Below are positions 43,859-53,542 of a DNA stretch of 64,000 bases, one piece after another. Made by a program: the position numbers and the translations under genes. Each line of letters begins with the position of its first letter. The stretch's first letter is position 1. Source of the DNA: a virus (lineage: Duplodnaviria; Heunggongvirae; Uroviricota; Caudoviricetes); the IMG/VR virus record IMGVR_UViG_3300027734_000034. One strand, 5' to 3'. The notes below the pieces were generated by a model. The model saw nothing but the letters and a program-made list of their open reading frames with translations, had not been told where the DNA came from and did not search any database.

Positions 43859-44067
43859 AAACCAAAGAACAAATCATCACCGATATGTGCTATAGCTATA
43901 GACATGATTATGGGCTACGCAAAGATCCTATCGATGACCCATCTTGGACAAGTGGAATGACAGAGCAGGATGCCAAAATGCTTTACAAAACGATGGAACA
44001 GATATATAATAACAACATTGAACCCCTTATTGAATATTACAAAGGAAAACAAAATGTTTCTAAGTGA
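43855..44067 (+). CDS. Hypothetical protein
   Basis: Coupled ORF; MC..YRHDYGL. Confidence 0.6.
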   Translation: MKTKEQIITDMCYSYRHDYGLRKDPIDDPSWTSGMTEQDAKMLYKTMEQIYNNNIEPLIEYYKGKQNVSK

Positions 44068-44578
44068 AATTAACAACGCATATCAACATAAAATCACCGG
44101 TGGAGATGGTTATGGTTGGGACTGTTATGGTTCTAACACATGGTCTATTGACTATACTAGTAAGTACGCACATGGCTATGTAATCTTTGATACAGTAACT
44201 CAAAGAGTTTATGAAGTGAATGTTAGCCCGGCTTTTGGTTCTTGGGGCACTGATGAACATGAACCAAAGCCCTATCGTTATATTGATCCAGACTATCGTC
44301 TATCACATTATACTGAGGCAAAGGATCGTCATGTTGATGCTGACCAAGCATGGGATGATGTAAAGTGGGTTGACCTAGAAACTGAAGAAGATTTCATCGA
44401 AAAGGCAACTAAGATGTTCAATGGTGAAGGTTTTGATACCCGTATTCAAGTGCCCGTTGAACTAGATGATGATACACTATTGAAACTGACTATGGAAGCA
44501 CATAAGCGTGATATCACATTGAACAAACTGATTGAGGAAATACTACGTGAATTGATTGTCAACGGTCCAGTAGCTTAA
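44054..44578 (+). CDS. Hypothetical protein with C-terminal ribbon-helix-helix-like segment
   Basis: VELDDD.LL.L..EAH.RDITLN.LIE.IL. Confidence 0.65.
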   Translation: MFLSEINNAYQHKITGGDGYGWDCYGSNTWSIDYTSKYAHGYVIFDTVTQRVYEVNVSPAFGSWGTDEHEPKPYRYIDPDYRLSHYTEAKDRHVDADQAWDDVKWVDLETEEDFIEKATKMFNGEGFDTRIQVPVELDDDTLLKLTMEAHKRDITLNKLIEEILRELIVNGPVA

Positions 44579-44599
44579 CTCGTTATATAGGAGAATATT

Positions 44600-44980
44600 A
44601 TGAAAAAACTTTCTGTGGTAATCGTATCATTAGCATTAAGTGTTAATTCATTCGCTGGTGGCAAAGATGATTGGGTAGCACCATTCATTGTAGGTGGAAT
44701 AGTTGGGGCAGTTGTTGTCAACAACATGAAACAACAAGAACGACCTGTTAATGTAATTCGTGTTGACCCGGGATTTGATTGTCGTAGAGGTGTAGATTAT
44801 CCTCACCATGCTTGTTATAATCGCCGTGAACCGAATGTGGCATATCCAGTAGCTAGTTATAGTGCTGCTCCGGTATATTTTAATTCATTCCCATCAGGTA
44901 CTCCACCGCGTGGTTATCACTTTGAACAAGTTTATTTTGAGAATTGTAATTGTCTCAAATGGACTATGGCACAAGATTAA
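44600..44980 (+). CDS. Secreted or membrane hypothetical protein
   Basis: Signal peptide; AGGAGA RBS. Confidence 0.65.
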   Translation: MKKLSVVIVSLALSVNSFAGGKDDWVAPFIVGGIVGAVVVNNMKQQERPVNVIRVDPGFDCRRGVDYPHHACYNRREPNVAYPVASYSAAPVYFNSFPSGTPPRGYHFEQVYFENCNCLKWTMAQD

Positions 44981-45178
44981 TATGAATGTACAACAAAGAT
45001 TGTTTATGTTAACATTGCAACTACGTATTTTATATTTTATGGCATCAGTTAAATCAGTTTGGCGTTCACTATATACAACCAGTGTGTGGTCTTATTTGAT
45101 GTTTCATGGGTCATTGATTATAGCTAGTTTGTTCGGTATGGTTTTAGTAGTAAGTAACATTTTTAATTAAGGAATAGT

Positions 45179-45703
45179 ATGGGTAAGAAGAAAAGAATTG
45201 AATCAAAGATTGAACCTAGCAATCTTGAACCACTGTGGGCCAAGACAGGTGATAACTCTTGGATAGCAACATTGCAAGAGGATCCAGAGACAGGTGATAT
45301 GATTCTGCCATTGCCAGAAGATTTAATGGAATCACAAGGCTTTGAAGTTGGTGATATACTGAAATGGAAAGATAATAAAGACGGGTCTTACAGTATTAGT
45401 AAGAAAGTATCCGAAGAGACTGAGTGGGTATTAGTTGAATGCGTTAGTACATTCCGTCAACGCTATATGGTTGAAGTTCCCAAAGGTAAAACTCTATGGG
45501 CATTGGATACTGTAACAATGGAAGAAGCCAAAGAGTTTAGCCAAGAACATATTGGTGAACAGATTATCAGTCACCGTACTGTATCTAAGAAGGAAGCATT
45601 AGAATTGTGCGACCAAGATAATGCTTACACAAAGTCTTGGGACAAAGAAACAAAAATGAAAAACTTTTTCACTACATGGGAAGAACAGAATGGAAACGAT
45701 TGA
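45179..45703 (+). CDS. Hypothetical protein with N-terminal AbrB/SpoVT-like domain
   Basis: GDMILPLPEDL....GFEVGDILKW. Confidence 0.65.
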   Translation: MGKKKRIESKIEPSNLEPLWAKTGDNSWIATLQEDPETGDMILPLPEDLMESQGFEVGDILKWKDNKDGSYSISKKVSEETEWVLVECVSTFRQRYMVEVPKGKTLWALDTVTMEEAKEFSQEHIGEQIISHRTVSKKEALELCDQDNAYTKSWDKETKMKNFFTTWEEQNGND

Positions 45704-46016
45704 TGTATTAGAAGTTCCTTATCAGCCCGCTAAAGATTGGAGTGATAAAGAATGGAATAAGTTTACCAAATGGTTGAATGGTATGCTTAAGGTAAACGAA
45801 AATGTTACTGTTACCTTTACCAAACAGGATGGTACTGAACGTGTAATGAATTGTACATTAAAGCCAGAACTATTGCCCGAAGCAAAGCCATTGGCTGAAG
45901 GTAAAACTCCGCGTAAAGAATCAACCACAAGCATCCGTGTGTTTGATAATGATTTAAAAGAGTGGCGTAGTTTCACTACAAAAAATGTCACTAGAGTAGA
46001 ATTCAGTATTCCTTAA
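45690..46016 (+). CDS. Sm/SH3-like (DUF2693/WYL_2-type) protein
   Basis: VTFTKQDGTERVMNCTL...VFD....EWRSF. Confidence 0.75.
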   Translation: METIDVLEVPYQPAKDWSDKEWNKFTKWLNGMLKVNENVTVTFTKQDGTERVMNCTLKPELLPEAKPLAEGKTPRKESTTSIRVFDNDLKEWRSFTTKNVTRVEFSIP

Positions 46017-46027
46017 AGGTAAGACAA

Positions 46028-46612
46028 ATGTTTAATATTAATTTATATAATCCAGATTTTGTGATTGACTGTTCCAAATTAATAGATAGTAAAGATATCT
46101 ATTCGGTAATGAGAAATCAAGGGATCGTAAAAGCCTATGTGTATGGCATGTGTTTTAAACCTGGACCACTAGTAGCACATGATTTTTCTAAAGTTGGAAA
46201 AAGTTGCCCAGATTTGGGTGAAAAGAGAGAATACCAAGTTGGTGAGCGTATTACAAGACAATTAAGTTGGGTTCCGGGTTGGGCCGGCCCACATGTGCGT
46301 AGTGACCATGGTGCAGATTTTTGGTTTGGTATTGTTTATGATTTGATACCAAAGGGATTGTTACCGGCAACTTTTAACAAGGATGATGTAACAATTGCTG
46401 TTTGGGATGTTTCTAAAAGAATGCCTATGGCAGATATTTATGGCGGTGAAGAACAAGCAACTGGTTGGGCTGAAGGAGAGTTAGCACATCAATATAAAAA
46501 TATTTTTGGTAGACTTCCTCATCTTAATAAACAAGACCCTTCGCAAGGTAAGCACTACAAGAAAGGGTATGTACAAAAATCTATACTAGACCAATTTGTT
46601 CAATTTACTTGA
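46028..46612 (+). CDS. Hypothetical protein, degenerate GIY-YIG-like
   Basis: YVYG...KVGKS...E.EL..QY...FGRLP.LN. Confidence 0.55.
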   Translation: MFNINLYNPDFVIDCSKLIDSKDIYSVMRNQGIVKAYVYGMCFKPGPLVAHDFSKVGKSCPDLGEKREYQVGERITRQLSWVPGWAGPHVRSDHGADFWFGIVYDLIPKGLLPATFNKDDVTIAVWDVSKRMPMADIYGGEEQATGWAEGELAHQYKNIFGRLPHLNKQDPSQGKHYKKGYVQKSILDQFVQFT

Positions 46613-46644
46613 CAATAAATGGGTAGTGTGCTATACTATGGGTT

Positions 46645-46797
46645 ATGAAAAAGCAAACACTCTCATTCGTTATTGAACAGCCCAAACACAGGGCTCACCG
46701 TGTGTTGTTTCAGAACAACACACCTTTCAAACCCAAGTCTGTACAATCCAAACTATTGTACAAGCGCAAACCTAAACATTCCAAACAGGAGTTGTGA
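46645..46797 (+). CDS. Small basic ArfA-like peptide (absent from ORF track)
   Basis: MKKQ...LFQNNTPFKPKSVQSKLLYKRKPKH; ATG 7 nt after TATACT. Confidence 0.55.
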   Translation: MKKQTLSFVIEQPKHRAHRVLFQNNTPFKPKSVQSKLLYKRKPKHSKQEL

Positions 46798-46798
46798 T

Positions 46799-47002
46799 AT
46801 GAATGCACATTTGATTACACTAGACCGCTTACTACAGATACACGATTGGCATTATGAGTTTAGTGATGACCACAGAGTCTGGCAGCGTGGCGTGGATCAA
46901 TGGGATAGTATCAAAAAAGAACAGAAAAGATTGTTTGATTCGGGGCTAGCCACAGTAGAGGAAGTCCAAAAATTGACTAATAAATACGCCCCCAAATATT
47001 GA
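46799..47002 (+). CDS. Hypothetical protein (HDW.YEFSDDHRVW.RG)
   Basis: AGGAG RBS before ATG 46799. Confidence 0.7.
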   Translation: MNAHLITLDRLLQIHDWHYEFSDDHRVWQRGVDQWDSIKKEQKRLFDSGLATVEEVQKLTNKYAPKY

Positions 47003-47056
47003 CAATAAATGGTTCTAGGTGTATAATACTCGTATTAACATATAAAGGAAATCAAA

Positions 47057-47305
47057 ATGAATTTGAAACTAAAAGCGGCACTATATACCGCAGGTCTTGT
47101 CGTAACAATAGTTGGTGCCAGTTTACTGGTTAGTTATATCGCTAGCATAATGACCGCAACACAGGCTGTATACATACTTGGTGTATTTTGTATTAGTGGA
47201 TTGGTATACACAATGTATGGAGTTATGCTGGCCCGTATGGAATACAACGAAAGTTTGAACGAAAGTTTGAAACGGATGAATGAGAAATCGGTTGACATTA
47301 AATGA
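47057..47305 (+). CDS. Two-TM membrane protein
   Basis: AAGGA RBS; own promoter at 46999-47027. Confidence 0.7.
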   Translation: MNLKLKAALYTAGLVVTIVGASLLVSYIASIMTATQAVYILGVFCISGLVYTMYGVMLARMEYNESLNESLKRMNEKSVDIK

Positions 47306-47338
47306 GTTTGGGTATATAATAGAGTCTTAATCAGTTAA
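47290..47338 (+). repeat. Promoter cassette direct repeat, copy 1
   Basis: GGTTGACATTAAATG..TTTGGGTATATAATAGAGTCTTAATCAGTTAA; 2 mismatches versus 48010-48058. Confidence 0.85.
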
Positions 47339-47352
47339 CTAAAGGAGTTTTT

Positions 47353-47631
47353 ATGACTGACATTTCTGAAATCAATCGTGCTATCATCTCTGGCAATTTT
47401 ACTAATGACCAACTGACTAGCATCATTGATGCCGTCAAGTTTGCCCGTGCCCAGATCGCACAACAAAACAAGTACACCTTGACTGTCGGCACTAAAGTGA
47501 AATTCACTAATAGCCGTAGCGGTATGGTAATCATAGGCGATGTGCAAAAAATCAATCGCAAGTTTGTTATCGTCAAGACTGGTCCATTGAACACATGGCG
47601 TGTTCCGGCTAACATGTTGTCTGCTGCTTAA
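47353..47631 (+). CDS. Hypothetical SH3-like protein
   Basis: AAGGAG RBS; VG..VKF...G.V.KINRK...WRVPA.ML. Confidence 0.75.
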   Translation: MTDISEINRAIISGNFTNDQLTSIIDAVKFARAQIAQQNKYTLTVGTKVKFTNSRSGMVIIGDVQKINRKFVIVKTGPLNTWRVPANMLSAA

Positions 47632-47641
47632 GGAGTAAATC

Positions 47642-47857
47642 ATGGATAAAGTTTTTGTTGTAGTAGGTGCCGCAATCGTAGGTATTGCTGGTATTGTATT
47701 TCTTAGTTTTCTATTGAGTTGGCCCGTGATGTGGCTCTGGAATAACGCACTAGTTGGAGCCGTTGTCGGTGTCAACGAAGTGTCTTGGGTCCAAGCATGG
47801 GGTATTTCGGTCTTGTTTGGGTTGTTGTTTAAATCTAATGTGAGCACCTCAAAATGA
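47642..47857 (+). CDS. Membrane protein
   Basis: Hydrophobic; P.MWLWN...WVQAWG. Confidence 0.7.
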   Translation: MDKVFVVVGAAIVGIAGIVFLSFLLSWPVMWLWNNALVGAVVGVNEVSWVQAWGISVLFGLLFKSNVSTSK

Positions 47858-48015
47858 GCAAGATGGCTGAACTATATTACGACATTGAACTGATGCTAGA
47901 GCAGGGTGATCACCCTACTAAAATCTCTAAGATGCTGGAAATCCCTCTAGGAATGGTCTATGATGTACTAGAATCTTTCCCTGACCCTGATCAAGAATTG
48001 AGTACCGAAGGTTGA
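47854..48015 (+). CDS. Small HTH-like protein (absent from ORF track)
   Basis: MSKMAELYYDIELMLEQGDHPTKISKMLEIPLGMVYDVL; ATGA coupling. Confidence 0.6.
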   Translation: MSKMAELYYDIELMLEQGDHPTKISKMLEIPLGMVYDVLESFPDPDQELSTEG

Positions 48016-48058
48016 CATTAAATGGTTTTGGGTATATAATAGAGTCTTAATCAGTTAA
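48010..48058 (+). repeat. Promoter cassette direct repeat, copy 2
   Basis: Near-identical to 47290-47338. Confidence 0.85.
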
Positions 48059-48074
48059 TTACAGGAGTTAGTAA

Positions 48075-48488
48075 ATGGCTTATATGTGTCAAGCAAAGAA
48101 AGCAAAAATCGCCCCTAAAATCAAGGCTATTCTTGCTAAGTATAAGGTCAAAGGTTCGCTTGCTGTACGCAATCATTCCACCTTGGTATTGAATCTCAAG
48201 TCGGGTTCCATCGACTTCATCGCAAACTCCAATAAGGTTTGCACTAATAATTTCTACCAAATGGCTCGTGGTTTCATCCCCAACACTAGCGGCTACGATC
48301 AGGTCAACCCCTATCACTTCAAAGACCATTATGATGGCGTGGCTCTGGATTTTATGCGTGAAGTGTTTCATGCAATGAATGATGGCAACTGGGACAAGAG
48401 CGACATTCAATCCGACTACTTCAACGTGGGTTGGTACGTTGATGTTAACGTGGGCAAGTGGGACAAAAATTACATTGTTGAGGCTTAA
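48075..48488 (+). CDS. Conserved phage hypothetical protein (large polyvalent protein-associated-like)
   Basis: MAY..Q..KA.I...D.SD.Q.DYF.VGWYVDVN.G.W. Confidence 0.7.
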   Translation: MAYMCQAKKAKIAPKIKAILAKYKVKGSLAVRNHSTLVLNLKSGSIDFIANSNKVCTNNFYQMARGFIPNTSGYDQVNPYHFKDHYDGVALDFMREVFHAMNDGNWDKSDIQSDYFNVGWYVDVNVGKWDKNYIVEA

Positions 48489-48489
48489 T

Positions 48490-48741
48490 ATGAAAATTGA
48501 TTCTAAACAAATGAAGTTTTTTGAGTTCCTCATGTCCTTGAATAAAGAACAATTGCGAAAATATTTTCTTATGCTTGGACCTGAGGAATCAGAATATGTT
48601 AGCCAACTTGCAATACGAATCGGAAATCAAATGAAAATTGATTTGAATTTAGAACTTGCTGAAATGCTTGATGGTGTTGAGGACCATGAGGAAGCAAGAA
48701 ATCTCCTTAGTTACTTTACTCTTTCGGGTAAAGTGAAATGA
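48490..48741 (+). CDS. Hypothetical protein
   Basis: GAGG RBS; ATG 48490. Confidence 0.55.
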   Translation: MKIDSKQMKFFEFLMSLNKEQLRKYFLMLGPEESEYVSQLAIRIGNQMKIDLNLELAEMLDGVEDHEEARNLLSYFTLSGKVK

Positions 48742-48850
48742 TTTTGGTAACACAAATGGTTGACAACAAGTCCATTCTGTGTTATCATTATACTAGTGCT
48801 GAGTAATATCAGTACATTTTTAAACTTAGCTTTATCTTAAAGGAAACAAA

Positions 48851-49243
48851 ATGGCTAAACAAACTTTTAAAGTCGCTGGTATGACTACTAACAATGGTAA
48901 TACTAAGGTTCGTTTTACTGATGATATGGTTCGCCGTATCAAGCAGTTTACAAAAGGTGGACACACTCGTGTTGACTTTGTGGACTTGCCCAGTGAGATG
49001 ACTAAAATTGAGGCTCTCAATTTTCTAGCTGCTCATGCAGACTTCCAATCACCCGCAGATCAGGCAACTATTGCTGATACTCTTGCTGACAAAACAAAGG
49101 AAGCAAACAAGGGTACTGTAAAAGTCAAGGTCGCAAAGACCAAGGCTAAAGCAAAGCCTAGCATTGATGCTATCAAGGCTCGTGCTAAGAAAGAAGTTTC
49201 GGTAGAACAAGTTCTTGCCGAAGCAGGCGTTACTACACAGTAA
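48851..49243 (+). CDS. Hypothetical protein with Lys/Ala-rich tail
   Basis: AAGGAA RBS; promoter at 48760-48788. Confidence 0.75.
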   Translation: MAKQTFKVAGMTTNNGNTKVRFTDDMVRRIKQFTKGGHTRVDFVDLPSEMTKIEALNFLAAHADFQSPADQATIADTLADKTKEANKGTVKVKVAKTKAKAKPSIDAIKARAKKEVSVEQVLAEAGVTTQ

Positions 49244-49287
49244 TGCAAAGAGGGGCTATATGCCCCTACTTATAACAAAGGAAAAAT

Positions 49288-49476
49288 ATGAAACTCTCTG
49301 ATAAACTTGCAAAATGCAATGACAGCCTAACTGTCAATATGTATGACAACGGCTTTATGGTTGAAGTGTCTGGACAAAACTCCGAAAGTGATTGGAAATC
49401 TGTTAAGATTATGTGCCAAACATTGGACGAAGTCTATGCTGTAATCGCTGACGCCTCTAAAATGGAACGCAATTAA
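49288..49476 (+). CDS. Hypothetical protein
   Basis: AAGGAA RBS; YDNGFMVEV.G. Confidence 0.7.
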   Translation: MKLSDKLAKCNDSLTVNMYDNGFMVEVSGQNSESDWKSVKIMCQTLDEVYAVIADASKMERN

Positions 49477-49486
49477 GGATTAATAT

Positions 49487-49699
49487 ATGGCAGTACTTGA
49501 TACATACACACGGACCTACAACCCACGTAGGACTTTTAACCCTGCAAGTATGCAAGACTTGCGTGAATTGAAACACTTTGTTGAACATCATTCATGGAAA
49601 GAAGCCTGTCCGTTTGAACTGGAAGAACCCTTCTTGGAAATTCCAGCAATGTGTATGTCAAGATACACTGAATATATGTTAACAAAACTTAAAGCATAA
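49487..49699 (+). CDS. Hypothetical protein
   Basis: AAGGA RBS; W...CPF.LE.P. Confidence 0.7.
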   Translation: MAVLDTYTRTYNPRRTFNPASMQDLRELKHFVEHHSWKEACPFELEEPFLEIPAMCMSRYTEYMLTKLKA

Positions 49700-49723
49700 A
49701 AAGCCCCGAAAGGGGCTTTTTTA
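49698..49723. terminator. Bidirectional intrinsic terminator between convergent blocks
   Basis: AAAAAGCCCC-GAAA-GGGGCTTTTTT. Confidence 0.9.
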
Positions 49724-50620
49724 TTAACTCAATATTTCAACCCACTTGTCAATCACATATTTCCAATCATATGATTGTGCGTGATGTTGTATCTCTAAAC
49801 ATCTTTGGCGATATTTTTCTGGATTATTTTTATAGTAACTTAGTAACTCTACGGTCTGTTCTATAAATTCATGTTCTTCAATAGGAACAAAATGAGCACC
49901 AATATTTCCTACTCTAGTGTAGTGTCCAACTGGTGTACTTATAACTAATTTGCCAGCAGCGCCTGCTTCTAATAAAGGTAGTCCTGCTCCTTCTTCTGTG
50001 CTAGCAACTAGTACTGCATCTACCCTTTTATAAAACCCTGGCATAGTGATAAACGAATGATGATATGAACCAGCAGGGCTGATTTCTAATCCTGCTCGTT
50101 GTGTAGCAATCTCTAACAACCATGGTCGTTTAATCTTTTGATGAACACCCACATCACCTAATTTCATACATCCAACCGTACGTAATGAATCATTTGGCTT
50201 ACTATAAAAACTGTTAGTGTTAATACCTAATGGTGTAACAAACGCAGGTCTAGTAACACCTAACTGTGTACTGACTTCACTTAGCCATTCACTAACGGCT
50301 CCATATTTATGAAACTTGTCAAAGTCATCACGACCATGCATCTCAATCAATTCATCCATGTCTAATTTTGAATGACTGATAACTACACATTGTCTTGCGT
50401 CAAATATTTTATAGTTATACCCTAATAATCTCCATCCATGTGGAGTAGTGACAAACAAGTCAGTAGTATCGATTAACTCTTGCATCTCTGCTAAACTATA
50501 ACTTTGATTCCAAGGTAGCAATTGACAATTAAATCCATATCCCCAAAGATACTTTGCTAGTTCATAGTGAATGGTTCCAAATGCCCATGTGGGTTCCATA
50601 TAAAATACTATTTTTTTCAT
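49724..50620 (-). CDS. GT-B (family 4-like) glycosyltransferase
   Basis: STEEGAGLPLLEAGAAGKLVISTPVG. Confidence 0.85.
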   Translation of the reverse strand: MKKIVFYMEPTWAFGTIHYELAKYLWGYGFNCQLLPWNQSYSLAEMQELIDTTDLFVTTPHGWRLLGYNYKIFDARQCVVISHSKLDMDELIEMHGRDDFDKFHKYGAVSEWLSEVSTQLGVTRPAFVTPLGINTNSFYSKPNDSLRTVGCMKLGDVGVHQKIKRPWLLEIATQRAGLEISPAGSYHHSFITMPGFYKRVDAVLVASTEEGAGLPLLEAGAAGKLVISTPVGHYTRVGNIGAHFVPIEEHEFIEQTVELLSYYKNNPEKYRQRCLEIQHHAQSYDWKYVIDKWVEILS

Positions 50621-51450
50621 ATTGAGTCGTAGTTAATTATTTCTCTAGTGTCCGTGTTTATAACAATTCCATCATAGTTTAAAAACTTCTTAAGTATATT
50701 TCTAAAGTGATTAAACTCAAGATTGTTTATTGATATCACATCAAATGCAAAATATTCCTGTGTGACTAGATAGGCATTAAAATTACTTGCTATGACTTTC
50801 TTTTCAAACAATGAAGGTAACTTGTCTATATTAATAAACTCAGTATCTTTACTTAAGGCAGGAAGATAGAATAGATTTTTTATTTTTGGTAATTCAAATT
50901 TACCCCACCAATAAGCATACGTAGCCCAGAACTCACAATTATTTCTATACTCTAAATCAAACAAGTAAGGATCTACTATCTGCTTGACGTATGTTGAATT
51001 GAACCAATAGAAGTTACCTTTGAAGTGCCAGTGCCACATAGAACCAACTAAATCAGCTCCTTGTTCTAAATGATATAAACAAGTATTGCTATTATCAACT
51101 ACACCGTACATCATTAATGTTGCCCAACGTAATCCATTTTCAAATTCTAGTGTATCTGTCTTACTAGAGCCTTTGCAATGTAGATATAGTCCATAGAAGT
51201 CTGACTCGTTACTATCTTGCCACAATTTTCTTATTGCAGGGAATTCATAGTGTGATGCAGTAAAGCCACTATTGACATATTCAATGTCTAATCCATCTAA
51301 GAAATCATATGGTGTCCAATCAACTGAATGAACTATGATTATTTTCTCGTTGTGTAGATTACTAGCTTTTAGTTTACCGATGATATGAAACAGACTGGCT
51401 TTAGTATTCGGTAACTCGTTACACGAAATGTAAATGCGAATCGGTTTCAT
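50617..51450 (-). CDS. Hypothetical protein, glycan-modification associated
   Basis: YEFPAI..LYLHCKG...HFKGNFYW. Confidence 0.6.
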   Translation of the reverse strand: MKPIRIYISCNELPNTKASLFHIIGKLKASNLHNEKIIIVHSVDWTPYDFLDGLDIEYVNSGFTASHYEFPAIRKLWQDSNESDFYGLYLHCKGSSKTDTLEFENGLRWATLMMYGVVDNSNTCLYHLEQGADLVGSMWHWHFKGNFYWFNSTYVKQIVDPYLFDLEYRNNCEFWATYAYWWGKFELPKIKNLFYLPALSKDTEFINIDKLPSLFEKKVIASNFNAYLVTQEYFAFDVISINNLEFNHFRNILKKFLNYDGIVINTDTREIINYDSI

Positions 51451-51451
51451 A

Positions 51452-52021
51452 TCATTGTTTGAATACGCCATAGTATGCTTTGCCATAGCAACCAGATTCA
51501 CGCAATGTCACTGTGCCTGAGCCTGGTAATGCAATGATATCATCTAGCATAACTTTTGTTAACTCAAATGGATGTCCATCATGCGGTGGAATATCAATCC
51601 ATTCAAATAGTCTAAGTACAGGTGCAGCATGTTTAGCATTGTTGATAATGCGTTCTACGCTTTCAACGTGTTGTAGACAGTTATAAATCCAAACTTCATC
51701 GTATCCTTCTTCATCAACTAGTTCACCTGGTTGAACATTAACACTAATGTTATGTCCAGCATAGCGTAGTTTAGTCCATTCAGGATAATCAATTGGATCA
51801 CATACTTTACCTTCAGCTAGATTCTTACACTTGAGTAGCATAGAACTAGGGCCACCACCTATATCAAGTATGCGTTTGTTTTGTGCATCAAACGAATAAC
51901 CTATGCGCGGTATTTCCATAAACTTAGCATATACATAATGCTTCTGATCCTCATCAAAAGTATTAGCGCAATTGCCCCAATACTCTATTTCAAATTTGTG
52001 GTCGTCTTGATGGTCGCTCAT
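51452..52021 (-). CDS. Class I SAM-dependent methyltransferase
   Basis: [10 protein letters not shown]; [13 protein letters not shown]. Confidence 0.8.
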   Translation of the reverse strand: MSDHQDDHKFEIEYWGNCANTFDEDQKHYVYAKFMEIPRIGYSFDAQNKRILDIGGGPSSMLLKCKNLAEGKVCDPIDYPEWTKLRYAGHNISVNVQPGELVDEEGYDEVWIYNCLQHVESVERIINNAKHAAPVLRLFEWIDIPPHDGHPFELTKVMLDDIIALPGSGTVTLRESGCYGKAYYGVFKQ

Positions 52022-53136
52022 GTTGGTAACACTTTCTTCAGCCAATTCATATCTGTTCTATCTTCATGCATTTGATACCAGCCTTTTCCAGTATGTACAT
52101 CTAATACCATTTGGAAGTATTCTTCATACATAGGTGCAACACGTTCTAGTGTATAGTTTTCACCAAACTTTCTGCAATTCTTTGGATCAATATTGTGAAT
52201 GTTTTTTGCTGCCCATACAAACTGGTCGAATGTATGACAACGATAGCCTGTGTATCCATGGACATTGTTCTCGGTGAAGCTACCCCAATCAGTTGTGATT
52301 GTAGGAGTTCCACTTAACAATAATTCAACTTGTACGCCGCCAAATGGCTCTATGTACATACTTGGAACAAACGCAGCTTTAGCGTTACTCATTAAGTCTT
52401 TGCGTTTAGCAACATCAGCATAACCTGCAAACTCTACATGAGGAGGGAATGTTAAGTTTTCTGGATTCTGCCCTGCAATGATTAGTTTAGCACCAATAGC
52501 TTCTGTTGCTTGTATCGCTACTTGAATTCCTTTGCCATTGTATACACGACCTAAGAACAAGAAGTAATCTTGCTTTTGTTCTTTGAACTCAAAGTCATCT
52601 GCATCAAAGTAGTTTGGAATAACAGCATCATACCAATCTTGTTTACAAGTACCAACTGCATCTAGACCATAGTATGCATGATAGATAGCGTAACTTTCAA
52701 ATATCTTCCATCGTGCCCAATGTCCACCTGCATAACCGATGCCGGGTTCTACAACAATCATATCAGGATGTGCATCACAGATTGGTCTTACACCTGAACC
52801 CCAGAAAGGTAATATGAAGTCATTTGGTTGTTTACGTTTGCCAACTTCTCTGATAGCATTTGCATAGAATGTTTGATACGCATGGTCGTCTGTGCTGAAT
52901 TTGAAAAAGTTTTTACGCCAATCATAATCGCCGTAAGCTATTTTCCAGTCTTCATTAGTGATTACGGTAACATGTTCATCGCAAACTAAATCGCTATCTT
53001 CATGACCATAATGAATGATTGTGTGCCCACGGGCCTTCATCATTTTGCCGAATTTTACAACTTTTTGAGTGTAGGCGCAAGCGTTGTATTCTTTACTTGT
53101 TACCGTGTGAGGGAGGCCTAGTATGTGAAATCTCAT
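52018..53136 (-). CDS. GT-B (family 4) glycosyltransferase
   Basis: LFLGR...KG; [24 protein letters not shown]. Confidence 0.88.
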   Translation of the reverse strand: MRFHILGLPHTVTSKEYNACAYTQKVVKFGKMMKARGHTIIHYGHEDSDLVCDEHVTVITNEDWKIAYGDYDWRKNFFKFSTDDHAYQTFYANAIREVGKRKQPNDFILPFWGSGVRPICDAHPDMIVVEPGIGYAGGHWARWKIFESYAIYHAYYGLDAVGTCKQDWYDAVIPNYFDADDFEFKEQKQDYFLFLGRVYNGKGIQVAIQATEAIGAKLIIAGQNPENLTFPPHVEFAGYADVAKRKDLMSNAKAAFVPSMYIEPFGGVQVELLLSGTPTITTDWGSFTENNVHGYTGYRCHTFDQFVWAAKNIHNIDPKNCRKFGENYTLERVAPMYEEYFQMVLDVHTGKGWYQMHEDRTDMNWLKKVLPT

Positions 53137-53178
53137 AGAGATATTTAATACAGGCCTTGTGTTGCCGAAAAATAATTA

Positions 53179-53499
53179 TTAAACTGATGTTAATGTAATT
53201 GGGAATATATTGCCAGTTTTGTTCCCAACCCAGAAAATATCAATATATCCGCCGCCCGGATAAGGATCCCAGGCATCAATAGTTGATGTAGTATTGTCCT
53301 GAAAAGTAATTATACTGCCTACCGGAAAGTTGCTAATAACTGTGGGACTATATGGTATTCCTGCTGATACAGCAGACCAACCAGTTAACCCCCCGGTGTC
53401 GTTTAGTGGAATGACTAATACACTTGTGGTGCGTACACTTATCCCTCCACCCATTTCTATTCCTGGTCCGATTGTTAAATGAGATACTGGTGCTGACAT
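53179..53499 (-). CDS. Hypothetical virion-associated protein (IGPGI..GGGI N-terminal motif)
   Basis: N-terminus shared with 53543-54190. Confidence 0.6.
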   Translation of the reverse strand: MSAPVSHLTIGPGIEMGGGISVRTTSVLVIPLNDTGGLTGWSAVSAGIPYSPTVISNFPVGSIITFQDNTTSTIDAWDPYPGGGYIDIFWVGNKTGNIFPITLTSV

Positions 53500-53542
53500 A
53501 TTCTTATTCCTTAAATTATAATGTTGTTTTGATATTCAAAAT

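Noticed and set aside
46673-46798. N-terminal extension of ORF 46673-47002
   Set aside because: It overlaps the better-supported 46645-46797 ORF; ATG 46799 has an AGGAG RBS.
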